Below, in pieces: positions 55,401-62,397 of a DNA stretch of 64,000 bases. Source of the DNA: a virus. Its lineage: Duplodnaviria > Caudoviricetes. The notes beneath the pieces are model-generated. The model was given only the letters and a program-made list of their open reading frames with translations, was not told where the DNA came from and made no database searches. The DNA is taken from positions 475-64,474 of the IMG/VR virus record IMGVR_UViG_3300025930_000011. One strand, 5' to 3'. The translations under genes were made by a program, and so were the position numbers. Each line of letters starts with the position of its first letter. Position 1 is the first letter of the stretch.

Positions 55401-55820
55401 TTTCGCTTGGCGCCGGGTATGGCTGCCACTTATCCATCCGCTGATGCGCGGGTCATCGGCGCGGATATTGATGAGATCGAGGCGATCACCGGACCGGCCG
55501 GCTTCGATGTGGAGCAGGGCCGCGCGAAGTTTAGCGACCGATCGGCCCGCCAGATTTCCGCCGGGTCGACCACCGCGGTGATTTCCTATGTCCCCGATGG
55601 TCAAACTTGCGCAATTCAGCTTTGGCCGAACAGCTCATACAGCGGAGCACCCGCGGCGAGTCTAACGGATAGCGGCGCTCCGATTATCAATGGCAGGATA
55701 TCGGTTACAGTGGCGGGACTTTCCCCGGGGACCTACTACCAGGGAAAGCGGATTTGTGGAGTACAGGGGAGCTTGACCGCGGGGTACGACATCCTCTCAT
55801 TCACGACATCGCTGAACTAG
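52440..55820 (+). CDS. large secreted right-handed beta-helix (pectin lyase-like) protein
   Basis: Signal peptide ending AAA-Q; CGYTTIQTAFNSA.PGDTI, repeated I..N.F motifs, GADID, C-terminal FnIII-like GL.PGT.Y. Confidence 0.75.
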   Translation: MGLRLKKGASLQWGALALLLSIAAAQTPVTKKPYIYWWAPGDAAYTWKPLVVDPPLTVTVDATGQFHLGITTAPPAAAATRTVCASGCGYTTIQTAFNSASPGDTIQVTSGYTAAGPLTIPGGSHGLTIKSSLIDTYPRNTRIKRNSAYTAKVDQVTIGDSRAFGLLPSASSIITTQSPHGFNVGDPVVVGAERFSAYYCGTLFQPPYDTLYGGAAGSDKLTCAASRVGFINIRTDTGLSNGKTVYFTGRTLPPPLVSGKPYYIVNFAIGNSWPLNADQFQVSLSPGGSPVLLGPNWQNTSISGVPFDPTGQDFNIVVPPLPAMDQQTMYIVGTPTPSQLQLSTTLGGQPVNFAQAAKGYNGSGFSLGFYVTRNFPVWDITFDGIEFSPPTDNQVYYVFYIQNSINSDAGESHDIRILRCWGHGHDDQEDFPFSIFYLTGRDMEVGWSIAEGTYATYADTTNIGIVSTGNVWIHDNELVAATEGIFSGGNYPWFANVKNTTGIRVERNFIWKRLKDFHGLWPYLIDANHFSLQVLESGGSDCAANASSPNLGLQCYWWETDESSPDYTPANPKISRHIWDKTPADSMFAVTGGSAAWCPQYLSGQGLGQWGCGFIYSLNGQIHMDYSFTGSVTCPSGVVCTYVSQPFFPAASSRLGMAMMNFGGFQSDFYMQNRHVYQKTEIESKYADKWCISGNVFQHQSNCDGGTSCQSEAIHWTLGGNGSGNGEPINSAVSTSDSIATNNIFRGLASGVGGTGETYGINIGARGATYEWQGFGKSVNNRIVNNLFYDIGSSEYTRFSNDGYLNSQTNAGYKSTQQPTIGGWVVSHNTAVDVRRFVVPNNLSGGVFESNVVVPYRFGGENPASGTLLPCPGPNCPYTHVAASTHIGVQDDIGNGWAPSFGGGFVQALQQGLIDSTTTLRNNILMNRPGIVYTTTVPTNYPNGTYLVQESDRMPGGLVPDPSILFQVWHERDNAQPPTGLNYRNSNFRLAPGMAATYPSADARVIGADIDEIEAITGPAGFDVEQGRAKFSDRSARQISAGSTTAVISYVPDGQTCAIQLWPNSSYSGAPAASLTDSGAPIINGRISVTVAGLSPGTYYQGKRICGVQGSLTAGYDILSFTTSLN

Positions 55821-55888
55821 AAGACCGGAAAGCAAAGGGGCGGCTGAGAGTATTTCTTTCTCGGTAGTGTCCTAAGGTTGTGTTGGTC

Positions 55889-56245
55889 TTAGATTGTAGG
55901 ACGGTTAACAATAAAATCGATTAGGATCGTGACATCGTATCCGTGGACCTGCGTGAGGATCTCCGGTCCGCCGACTTGGGCTTGAAAAATAACGGGTTGT
56001 TCGAGTTTTTGGCGCAGCTCCGGTCCGACGAAATTCGAGATTACTTTGCCGGATATAAAGCGGGGAAGACGGCTCCCGATATTGCCAAGGCCGAGCGCTG
56101 CACCCATGTCGCGTTGGCTGATGACAGCGGTCCTGGCTTCGTCGTTTAGAACGTAACAATCGTATTCGCGACCTTGAAGATAAGCAGTTTGACAAGCTCT
56201 ACGAGGACCACAAGGAGACCTGGGGGCCGCTGGCAAAGACAGCAC
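55889..56245 (-). pseudogene. truncated N-terminal fragment of a P63C-domain-type phage protein
   Basis: CYVL.D..RT.VISQR.M..ALG...HGYDVTILID followed by an early stop; no C-terminal domain. Confidence 0.5.
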
Positions 56246-56441
56246 ACCATTATGCGAAGGAAAACATCACCGGGGGAAACGAGCCACGCCCTGACGACAT
56301 TGCCAAAGTGCTACATCCGATGCTTGAGGTGCACGCGACCCTACGTGCGCACCAAGAGGATAACAAAGCGCGCGCAGGGCGCTACGTGGACTGGTTCGCA
56401 GAGTATATTATAGACAGAGCACTTTTGAATGGAGGGCGCTC

Positions 56442-56600
56442 ATGAGTAAGGAACAAAAGATTCAGGCGAACATTGAACCCGCTAGAGCGTACGTAGATCG
56501 GCAACTTCAGACCATGAGGCAGCAAGGGGCCGTTTCGGATCTCACCCGTGAGCAATACGACGCACTGGTTAGAAAAGTAGCCCTCGCAACGAGCAAGTAG
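56442..56600 (+). CDS. 52-aa hypothetical protein (not in ORF track)
   Basis: GGAGG RBS; MSKEQKIQANIEPARAYVDRQL... Confidence 0.55.
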   Translation: MSKEQKIQANIEPARAYVDRQLQTMRQQGAVSDLTREQYDALVRKVALATSK

Positions 56601-56624
56601 CGAGGGCAAGAGAGCAGTCTTGAG

Positions 56625-56659
56625 AAGGGGCCCATCGGACTCACCGAACGGCCCCTTTT
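56625..56659. terminator. hairpin between convergent genes, putative terminator
   Basis: AAGGGGCC...GGCCCCTTTT. Confidence 0.55.
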
Positions 56660-56759
56660 GCATTCTCCGCCACCGCAACCGTGCCTCACCAAACCCCCTC
56701 TGCATAAACAACCAACACAACCTTAGGACACCACCTCTTCCTCGCCGCCCTTGTCCCAT

Positions 56760-57311
56760 TTATGCCGCCCTCTCGTGGTGGTGAAACTGCTGCTGCTGGT
56801 GAGGGTCTTTTGAAGCTTGAATGTAAAGGGTTGCGGCGAGGGCTCGGACATCTTGAGGGCCGAACTCTACCGGGATACCTTTCGATCGCGCGTAGGCTTC
56901 GGCATGCTTTACGGCGTCAATGGCGGCAATTAGGGCATCGCCCATCAGGAGAGAGGGTACTACCGGGGCTGAGGCTGGTGTGGCCGAGATGCTGGTGCGG
57001 TGTACCGGGATCGGGGCCGGAGTTCCGCGCGGAGGCGGTGAGGGCTTTGCAGACGTCTGCACTTCGAAGTATTCGGCACCCTGGGGCGTTTTCCGCTTGC
57101 AGAGGGTGAAGAACTCCCGGGGCTGAATCTGCAACTGGCTGATCGCTTCGAAGGCGGGTGGAGTCAGGAAGGCTTTGTCGAGGCTTCCATCCTGGTACAT
57201 GATCGAGTACATGTAGGTGGGTTCCTGTCTTCCGGGATGGTGGTAGGGTTTCGGATCGAGGCGGGTGAGTGCGATCGATACGGGTTCGTTGAGCTTGAGT
57301 GAGAGTGCCAT
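56760..57311 (-). CDS. hypothetical protein
   Basis: 183 aa with AAAGGA RBS; C-terminal DVRALAATLYIQ. Confidence 0.7.
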   Translation of the reverse strand: MALSLKLNEPVSIALTRLDPKPYHHPGRQEPTYMYSIMYQDGSLDKAFLTPPAFEAISQLQIQPREFFTLCKRKTPQGAEYFEVQTSAKPSPPPRGTPAPIPVHRTSISATPASAPVVPSLLMGDALIAAIDAVKHAEAYARSKGIPVEFGPQDVRALAATLYIQASKDPHQQQQFHHHERAA

Positions 57312-57375
57312 GTTGTTTGGTTTACGGTTTTCCTTTCTGTTTTGGGTGTGAGCTTCGCACCGAGCCTCGGCTCAG

Positions 57376-57401
57376 GTCTGGCTCCCTTTGGTCGGTCGGG
57401 A
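57376..57401 (-). repeat. dispersed 26-31 bp repeat, copy 4
   Basis: Reverse complement TCCCGACCGACCAAAGGGAGCCAGAC. Confidence 0.9.
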
Positions 57402-57419
57402 TGTTTCACGCTCTGCGTT

Positions 57420-57749
57420 TTATCCTCTGATCGCCGGTGCGATTTCCGCGAGCCATGAGGTTAGTTCTTCCACTGACGTGAAGGTGTGATCTTCGGTCAC
57501 TTCGCGGTACTGGAGTAGTGTGGCGCGGTATTTTCCCTCTGCTGTTTTCCAGCCATATGCGAGGCCATAATACTCAGGTACGCTGACCACTTCACCCTTC
57601 TCGATGCTTTCCCTTGCAATGGCCGGATCAAATTCATCACTGTTGAACTCCTTGTGGGTCCCGTCGTCAGGGATATCGGTCTTGGGGACGGGGCGTTGGT
57701 GGATGCCCGCCGCGAGCACCATTCCTGTATCGAGCCGTAAATGATTCAT
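57420..57749 (-). CDS. hypothetical protein
   Basis: ATGA-coupled to the upstream gene. Confidence 0.6.
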   Translation of the reverse strand: MNHLRLDTGMVLAAGIHQRPVPKTDIPDDGTHKEFNSDEFDPAIARESIEKGEVVSVPEYYGLAYGWKTAEGKYRATLLQYREVTEDHTFTSVEELTSWLAEIAPAIRG

Positions 57750-58090
57750 GCTGCTTTTCCTTTCTCCTTCTCATACCGCCGGGCGAACCCGGCAATCAGT
57801 TTAAGCCTATCGAGCCCCCAGTGGGACCAGAATCTTTTTTGCAATACATGCTGCGACTCAGGACCCTGCACATGATGCGCCGGACACAAGGGAAGAGCTT
57901 CGTAATCGCTGCACTTCTGGCCCAGTCCGCGCATGCCCACGTGGGCCGCTTCCACATACCGCCGAGTTCCGCAACAGATACACGGCTGCTTTCGGAGCCA
58001 CGCCAGATATTCTTCATCATGCACCCGGCCTTTGCGCGGAGGGCCGACTCGGATCTTACGCACCGGGCAGCGCGGGGAGAAGGGCGGCAT
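57746..58090 (-). CDS. DUF968/Ref-like HNH-type nuclease
   Basis: YLAWLR.QPCICCG...EAAH...GLGQK.SD...LPLC..HH. Confidence 0.8.
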   Translation of the reverse strand: MPPFSPRCPVRKIRVGPPRKGRVHDEEYLAWLRKQPCICCGTRRYVEAAHVGMRGLGQKCSDYEALPLCPAHHVQGPESQHVLQKRFWSHWGLDRLKLIAGFARRYEKEKGKAA

Positions 58091-58091
58091 C

Positions 58092-58418
58092 TTACGCCAC
58101 CCTCTCCGAAGCTTTCCCGATCTCCCGCCCTGCTGGCTTGCGCCTCACAAACTCTACCAGTTCCATATCACAGGCGATGCATCCGGGGCATGACACAACT
58201 TCCGTTTGATCGACATCGATGTAGCGTTCTTCCAGGATCCCGGACCCGTCGCAGTATTGAGGCATTCCCGACAGTTCGGCAATCACCTGCTCGCGAGAAA
58301 GATCATTGTCCTGCCAGTCCCGCATGTCGCGTTCTTCTCTCTGGCGCTCACTGCGCTCATATGCCAATTCGTCATTCATCCAGGTCTGTTCCGTGTCTCC
58401 GATGTCGTAGAAGGCCAT
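58092..58418 (-). CDS. hypothetical acidic protein with Cys motifs
   Basis: GGGAG RBS; CDGSG...CPGC..C. Confidence 0.6.
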   Translation of the reverse strand: MAFYDIGDTEQTWMNDELAYERSERQREERDMRDWQDNDLSREQVIAELSGMPQYCDGSGILEERYIDVDQTEVVSCPGCIACDMELVEFVRRKPAGREIGKASERVA

Positions 58419-58448
58419 GTGTTTATCTCAGCTCCCTGTTACTCTTCT

Positions 58449-58552
58449 ATTATCATCTAGCCGCTTATTGAAATCAATAGGCGAATGAAAAGAGAATATC
58501 GGGATAGTACTATAACCTTCTGGTTGCATTGTTTGAAAAAGCGGCTTATACT
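58449..58552. promoter_or_regulatory. divergent sigma70 promoters sharing a spacer motif
   Basis: Minus: TTGATT-17-GATAAT (58477-58449); plus: TTGCAT-17-TATACT (58524-58552); both spacers contain AAGCGGCT. Confidence 0.65.
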
Positions 58553-58561
58553 CGCGGTTTG

Positions 58562-58756
58562 ATGGCAAAGAAGAAAAGCAAGGGTCCCAGTCAATCCCAG
58601 ATATCAGAGGTGATGAGGGAGCTGGGAAGGCGTGGGGGTGAGGCGAAGGTTCCGAAGGGGCTGGCCTCGGTCAGTCCCGAGCGCCGCGCGGAGATTCGCG
58701 CCAAGGGACTGAAAACGCGCCTCACGAAGAAGAAAGCTGCTGCAAAGAAGAAATAA
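58562..58756 (+). CDS. small basic protein with KGG-like motif
   Basis: MRELGRRGG...SPERRAEI; probably leaderless. Confidence 0.7.
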   Translation: MAKKKSKGPSQSQISEVMRELGRRGGEAKVPKGLASVSPERRAEIRAKGLKTRLTKKKAAAKKK

Positions 58757-58762
58757 ACTTTG

Positions 58763-58838
58763 GTCCCTTTAGCTCAGCGTATAGAGTGCCCCGGTCCTAA
58801 CGGGGAGGTCGCAGGTTAGAATCCTGCAGGGGACACCA
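58763..58838 (+). tRNA. tRNA-Arg (anticodon CCT)
   Basis: Acceptor GTCCCTT/AGGGGAC, D-stem GCTC/GAGT, anticodon stem CCCCG/CGGGG with loop GTCCTAA, T-stem GCAGG/CCTGC, ACCA end. Confidence 0.9.
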
Positions 58839-58845
58839 ACCTTTT

Positions 58846-59232
58846 ATGGCTATTCCATCTAGTATTAGTTTAAGTGAGCGCCAGTCGTTTCCTGTTGTCC
58901 AGAAGTCGCTTGAGCATCTCGGGCACTTTGATCGCAATACCGGAGAAATTGCGATTAGAAAAGATCAGCCGGAAGCGGGCAAGCACGTCATCCTGCTACA
59001 CGAATTACTTCACTTTACAGCCGAAGTCCTAATTCAGGGGCGCGTCATCAAGAGGCAGCCAGACGAGGCATTTATCGCCAATGCCGCTCCGGTATTGCTG
59101 TTGATGTTGGTACGGGCGGGGCTTTGGACCGGAGTGAGTTACAGGCAACTGAAGGCGTTCATGCAAAAGCAATCCGTGGCAGCAGCTCGGGCGAAGAAGC
59201 GCGGGAAGGGTAACAAAAAGAAAGGGTCGTAA
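58846..59232 (+). CDS. HExxH metallopeptidase-like (ImmA/IrrE-like) small protein
   Basis: LGHF....EIAI......VILLHELLH...DE. Confidence 0.65.
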   Translation: MAIPSSISLSERQSFPVVQKSLEHLGHFDRNTGEIAIRKDQPEAGKHVILLHELLHFTAEVLIQGRVIKRQPDEAFIANAAPVLLLMLVRAGLWTGVSYRQLKAFMQKQSVAAARAKKRGKGNKKKGS

Positions 59233-59233
59233 C

Positions 59234-59560
59234 ATGGCCACCTTAGAGCAACGCGCCAAGAAATACTTCCTTGGCTTTGAGCAGGCTCCCATTGAACTTC
59301 CGCCCTGCGATGGATGGCGGCGCTTTGATAATGGGCCGGTGACGATCACAACAAGTCGCAAAGTTCACCACTTCTCTGCAGTCGAATTCTGGGGACGCGA
59401 AGCTCTGAATGATCAGAATCCAGAGAAGTACCGGCCTATTGATCCAGTGATGCGCCGCCGGGCTCTCGCGCTCAAGCATAGAATACGGAATATGTCAGAT
59501 GAGATTGATGCTGAGATGAAGAAGCGCGGGAAGGCAGCAGGGAAGAAGAAGGAAAAGTGA
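59234..59560 (+). CDS. hypothetical protein with Lys-rich tail
   Basis: In-operon ORF. Confidence 0.55.
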   Translation: MATLEQRAKKYFLGFEQAPIELPPCDGWRRFDNGPVTITTSRKVHHFSAVEFWGREALNDQNPEKYRPIDPVMRRRALALKHRIRNMSDEIDAEMKKRGKAAGKKKEK

Positions 59561-59570
59561 GGGCTGGCAA

Positions 59571-59753
59571 ATGACCGAAGTCGAAGAACTCCGTGCGCAG
59601 GTCGAGCAGTTAAAAGCAGAACTGGCGGAAAAGACCAGACTGGCAGCCTTCTTTGAAGAACGCGCCGAGTTTTTCGTCAGGGAGTACACGCTGCAACATA
59701 ACCGGGCTGCGGACCTGGAAACTCGATTACGGTATCAGGTAGCAGTAAAGTGA
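59571..59753 (+). CDS. small coiled-coil protein
   Basis: EVEELRAQVEQLKAELAE. Confidence 0.6.
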   Translation: MTEVEELRAQVEQLKAELAEKTRLAAFFEERAEFFVREYTLQHNRAADLETRLRYQVAVK

Positions 59754-59756
59754 CTA

Positions 59757-59787
59757 TCCCGACCGACCAAAGGGAGCCAGACTCAAG
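59757..59787 (+). repeat. dispersed 26-31 bp repeat, copy 5
   Basis: TCCCGACCGACCAAAGGGAGCCAGACTCAAG. Confidence 0.9.
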
Positions 59788-59881
59788 CTCCAAGGGCCAG
59801 TGCAGAATTGACCCATAAAAAAGCCGCGACTTTTGCAGCAGCTCGGGCGAAGAAGCGCGGGAAGGCAGCAGGGAAGAAGAA

Positions 59882-60082
59882 ATGAAATGGTTACGTGCTA
59901 TTCAGGTCGGCCCGGGAAGATACGGAATCCTAACTGTATTATGGCTCGTGTCCGCATATCGCTTTTGGGTACTTCCCATGTCGCATTTCACGATGGGATG
60001 GTTTGCCTTTTCTATGTGGGCCGCATCGGTTAACTTTGATGAACTACTCAACAGCCTAAGCCGTTCTGACAACAGACAATAG
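59882..60082 (+). CDS. small membrane protein
   Basis: Two hydrophobic segments. Confidence 0.45.
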   Translation: MKWLRAIQVGPGRYGILTVLWLVSAYRFWVLPMSHFTMGWFAFSMWAASVNFDELLNSLSRSDNRQ

Positions 60083-60097
60083 CGACTGAAGCCCGCC

Positions 60098-60451
60098 TTA
60101 CTCCCTCAGCTTAAATGAAATGTCGACTGTCGCCTTCCACCTGACCGGCACTCCATCCTTCGTAGCCGGATAGAAGATCCATTTTCGCAGTGCCTCAATC
60201 GCCTTCTCATCGAGACCTTTGCCGAGTGATCTTTCTACCTTGATGTCCACTGCTTTTCCATCGGTATCCACAACGCAGTTGAGGGCCACGAGCCCTTCGA
60301 TCCGGGCAAGTCGCGCCTTTGCCGTGTATCTCGGATTGACCTTGAAGCGGACTCGGGGCAAGGTGTCTTTGGGTGTTGGATCGGCTGCCAGTGGGGCGAG
60401 AGCAAAAATCAGGCTGAGGAGCGCTGAGAGTCTCAATTTGAAACCTGCCAT
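60098..60451 (-). CDS. stand-alone TonB C-terminal domain protein with signal peptide
   Basis: P.YT.KAR.ARIEG.V.L..VVD.DG....IKVERSLG.GLDEKAIEALRKW.F.PA.KDG.PV. Confidence 0.9.
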   Translation of the reverse strand: MAGFKLRLSALLSLIFALAPLAADPTPKDTLPRVRFKVNPRYTAKARLARIEGLVALNCVVDTDGKAVDIKVERSLGKGLDEKAIEALRKWIFYPATKDGVPVRWKATVDISFKLRE

Positions 60452-61491
60452 GTCGCCGGAATCTCCGCTGCTTCCACGACGGGCGCCTTCGCCCTCCGCG
60501 CCTCCGCAACTTTCTTCGCTAACCGGTGTCCCAGTCTCTGAAGCGGCCCATCTACCAAATGCCAGCTCACTGAAGCAAACGCAAATGCCGCTACCACGTT
60601 AACCGGCGTCCTCTGCCACCAATGCGGCGAGTGGATAACCTGCACCAAAAACACTCCCTGCCACAAATACAAGCCATAGGAGATCTTTCCGATATACCGC
60701 AGCACTCCATTGTCGAGCACCTTACTCGCGAACCATTCCGGATGCGCGGCCGTGCTTGAGATCAGAAACGGAAACATCACCGCGAACAGCAGCCGGTGAA
60801 CCGCCGAGGCGTCGAATTGGCCAATCGAAACGTACAGAAACAGGAAGGGAACGGCCTCTTTCAAAGCTTCGCGCCTCTGCAACACGAACCCGAAGACGCA
60901 TCCCCACAACAGTGAATCCATCCGGTAATCGGTCCGGTAGGGAGCAAACGCACCAGGAAACAGACCAGGGAAATAGTGAGACGCGACCGCCCGCCACAAC
61001 CCAACGGCTACAGCTCCCACCATGGCCGCGCTCTGCCCATACTTTACCGAAACCCCGACGAGCAGCGCGGGCCAGATCAAATAAAAGTGCTCCTCTACTG
61101 CCAGGGACCAAAGATGCGCGGTGTACGGGCCTCCGGTGTCGAAGTAGTTGCGGAGGAAGAACAAGCTGCTCAATCCCTCGGCTCGATTCCAGATGAGGCC
61201 CAAGGCTCCCAGGGTTGCGAGGTAGATGAATGCCGGCGCCTGTACCCGGAAGCAGCGGCGGATGTAGAACGCTTTGAGACTGATCCGGCCAGTGGTCAAG
61301 TGCTCCTCAAGCAGCAGGCGAGTGATCAAGATGCCGCTCAAGGCAAAGAACACGTCGACACCCAGGGCGCCGAGCTTTGCATAGTTGAGGTAGTCGCTGC
61401 CCGGCGCGAAGATGGAGCCCGCCGCGTGATCCGCGATCACCAGCAGAATGGCAATCGCCCTCCAGCCGTCCAGGGTACTGATTCTTTTCAC
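60433..61491 (-). CDS. acyltransferase family 3 (OafA/Oac-like) membrane O-acyltransferase
   Basis: LDGWRAIAILLV..DH, GVDVFFALSG.LI, FYIRR..R, HLWSLAVEEHFY, GKISYGLYLW. Confidence 0.93.
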   Translation of the reverse strand: MKRISTLDGWRAIAILLVIADHAAGSIFAPGSDYLNYAKLGALGVDVFFALSGILITRLLLEEHLTTGRISLKAFYIRRCFRVQAPAFIYLATLGALGLIWNRAEGLSSLFFLRNYFDTGGPYTAHLWSLAVEEHFYLIWPALLVGVSVKYGQSAAMVGAVAVGLWRAVASHYFPGLFPGAFAPYRTDYRMDSLLWGCVFGFVLQRREALKEAVPFLFLYVSIGQFDASAVHRLLFAVMFPFLISSTAAHPEWFASKVLDNGVLRYIGKISYGLYLWQGVFLVQVIHSPHWWQRTPVNVVAAFAFASVSWHLVDGPLQRLGHRLAKKVAEARRAKAPVVEAAEIPATWQVSN

Positions 61492-61595
61492 TCAGCCAAG
61501 CAATAACGGTTTATAGCCGGAGGTTCAATGCTATCTTTAGGAAATATACTCACGCCTGTTTATTTTCATTTTCCGAGTAATCCTCGAGCACATCA

Positions 61596-62108
61596 TCAAG
61601 CATCTTTTCGGCGAGGTCCGCGCTTTGTCTGATGCTCCTTATCAATGCGCGTAGCGTCTCGTCTGATGTCGACAGCTTCCTGGAGGGTTCGATCCGCTGA
61701 GGTCCCTCCGTGCGGCTGGGGCCTTTCCGGCTCACCTGTCGGCGGGGCATACTGCCCTCCATCCAGCTCCGTCAGTCGGGCAAATGCCTCTAAATTCTTC
61801 TTTATCGAGGGGGACGCATACGGGTTGTCTGCCTCTAAAATGTGCAACAAATATAATACCCACTGTCGGAATTCCTCGGGGATTAGCGTGACGCGATTCG
61901 AAGATTCTACCACGCCATCAGGTTTTCCATTAATACCAAAGTTTGCATGTCCGTGATTTTTTAACCACACTGAAACAGCTTCTTCTACCAGGATATTCAC
62001 GCCCGTGGAGTTGCCGGACATGGTTTTCTCGTGCGCAATCTGCCTCAGAGACCGTAGCAGGTCCGACGAAAATGACAGGTTGAACTTTTCCCGCTTGATA
62101 TTTGCCAA
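61596..62108 (-). CDS. putative repressor with N-terminal ribbon-helix-helix domain
   Basis: KREKFNLSFSSDLLRSLRQIA...VNILVEEAVSVWL; CI-like position and orientation. Confidence 0.6.
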   Translation of the reverse strand: MANIKREKFNLSFSSDLLRSLRQIAHEKTMSGNSTGVNILVEEAVSVWLKNHGHANFGINGKPDGVVESSNRVTLIPEEFRQWVLYLLHILEADNPYASPSIKKNLEAFARLTELDGGQYAPPTGEPERPQPHGGTSADRTLQEAVDIRRDATRIDKEHQTKRGPRRKDA

Positions 62109-62156
62109 ACTTATAACCTCATTAGCTTAATTCATAACCCCATAGTTAAATAACTC

Positions 62157-62186
62157 TTGACTCCTATGACCCTAGGTGCCTATACT
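62157..62186 (+). promoter_or_regulatory. early rightward promoter
   Basis: TTGACT-18 nt-TATACT, with ATG 8 nt after the -10 box (leaderless). Confidence 0.65.
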
Positions 62187-62194
62187 TTTTACAG

Positions 62195-62383
62195 ATGGCA
62201 AGCAACCACAAACCCAAGGTATCACAGGGCGAAGGCCAGATCATGGCGATGACCCTTCGGCTCGATGAGCCCATGTGGAGAGCTGTAAAGCTGCACGCTA
62301 TCGATGAAAAGACATCGGCTCAGCAGGTGATCAGAAATGCGATCACCGCGTATCTTGAAGCCGAAAAATCCTCTGCCGCTTAA
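62195..62383 (+). CDS. ribbon-helix-helix regulator in Cro-like position
   Basis: MTLRLDEPMWRAVKLHAIDEKTSAQQVIRNAITAYL. Confidence 0.8.
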   Translation: MASNHKPKVSQGEGQIMAMTLRLDEPMWRAVKLHAIDEKTSAQQVIRNAITAYLEAEKSSAA

Positions 62384-62397
62384 AGGAAATCCACCAC

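Noticed and set aside
5616-59787. Dispersed 26-31 bp repeat as a CRISPR array
   Set aside because: Copies are hundreds of bp to tens of kb apart and in both orientations; no regular spacers and no cas genes
59751-59800. Selenocysteine or programmed readthrough at the TGA followed by the repeat hairpin
   Set aside because: The stem is only 4 bp, there is no redox motif, and the other repeat copies do not follow an in-frame TGA
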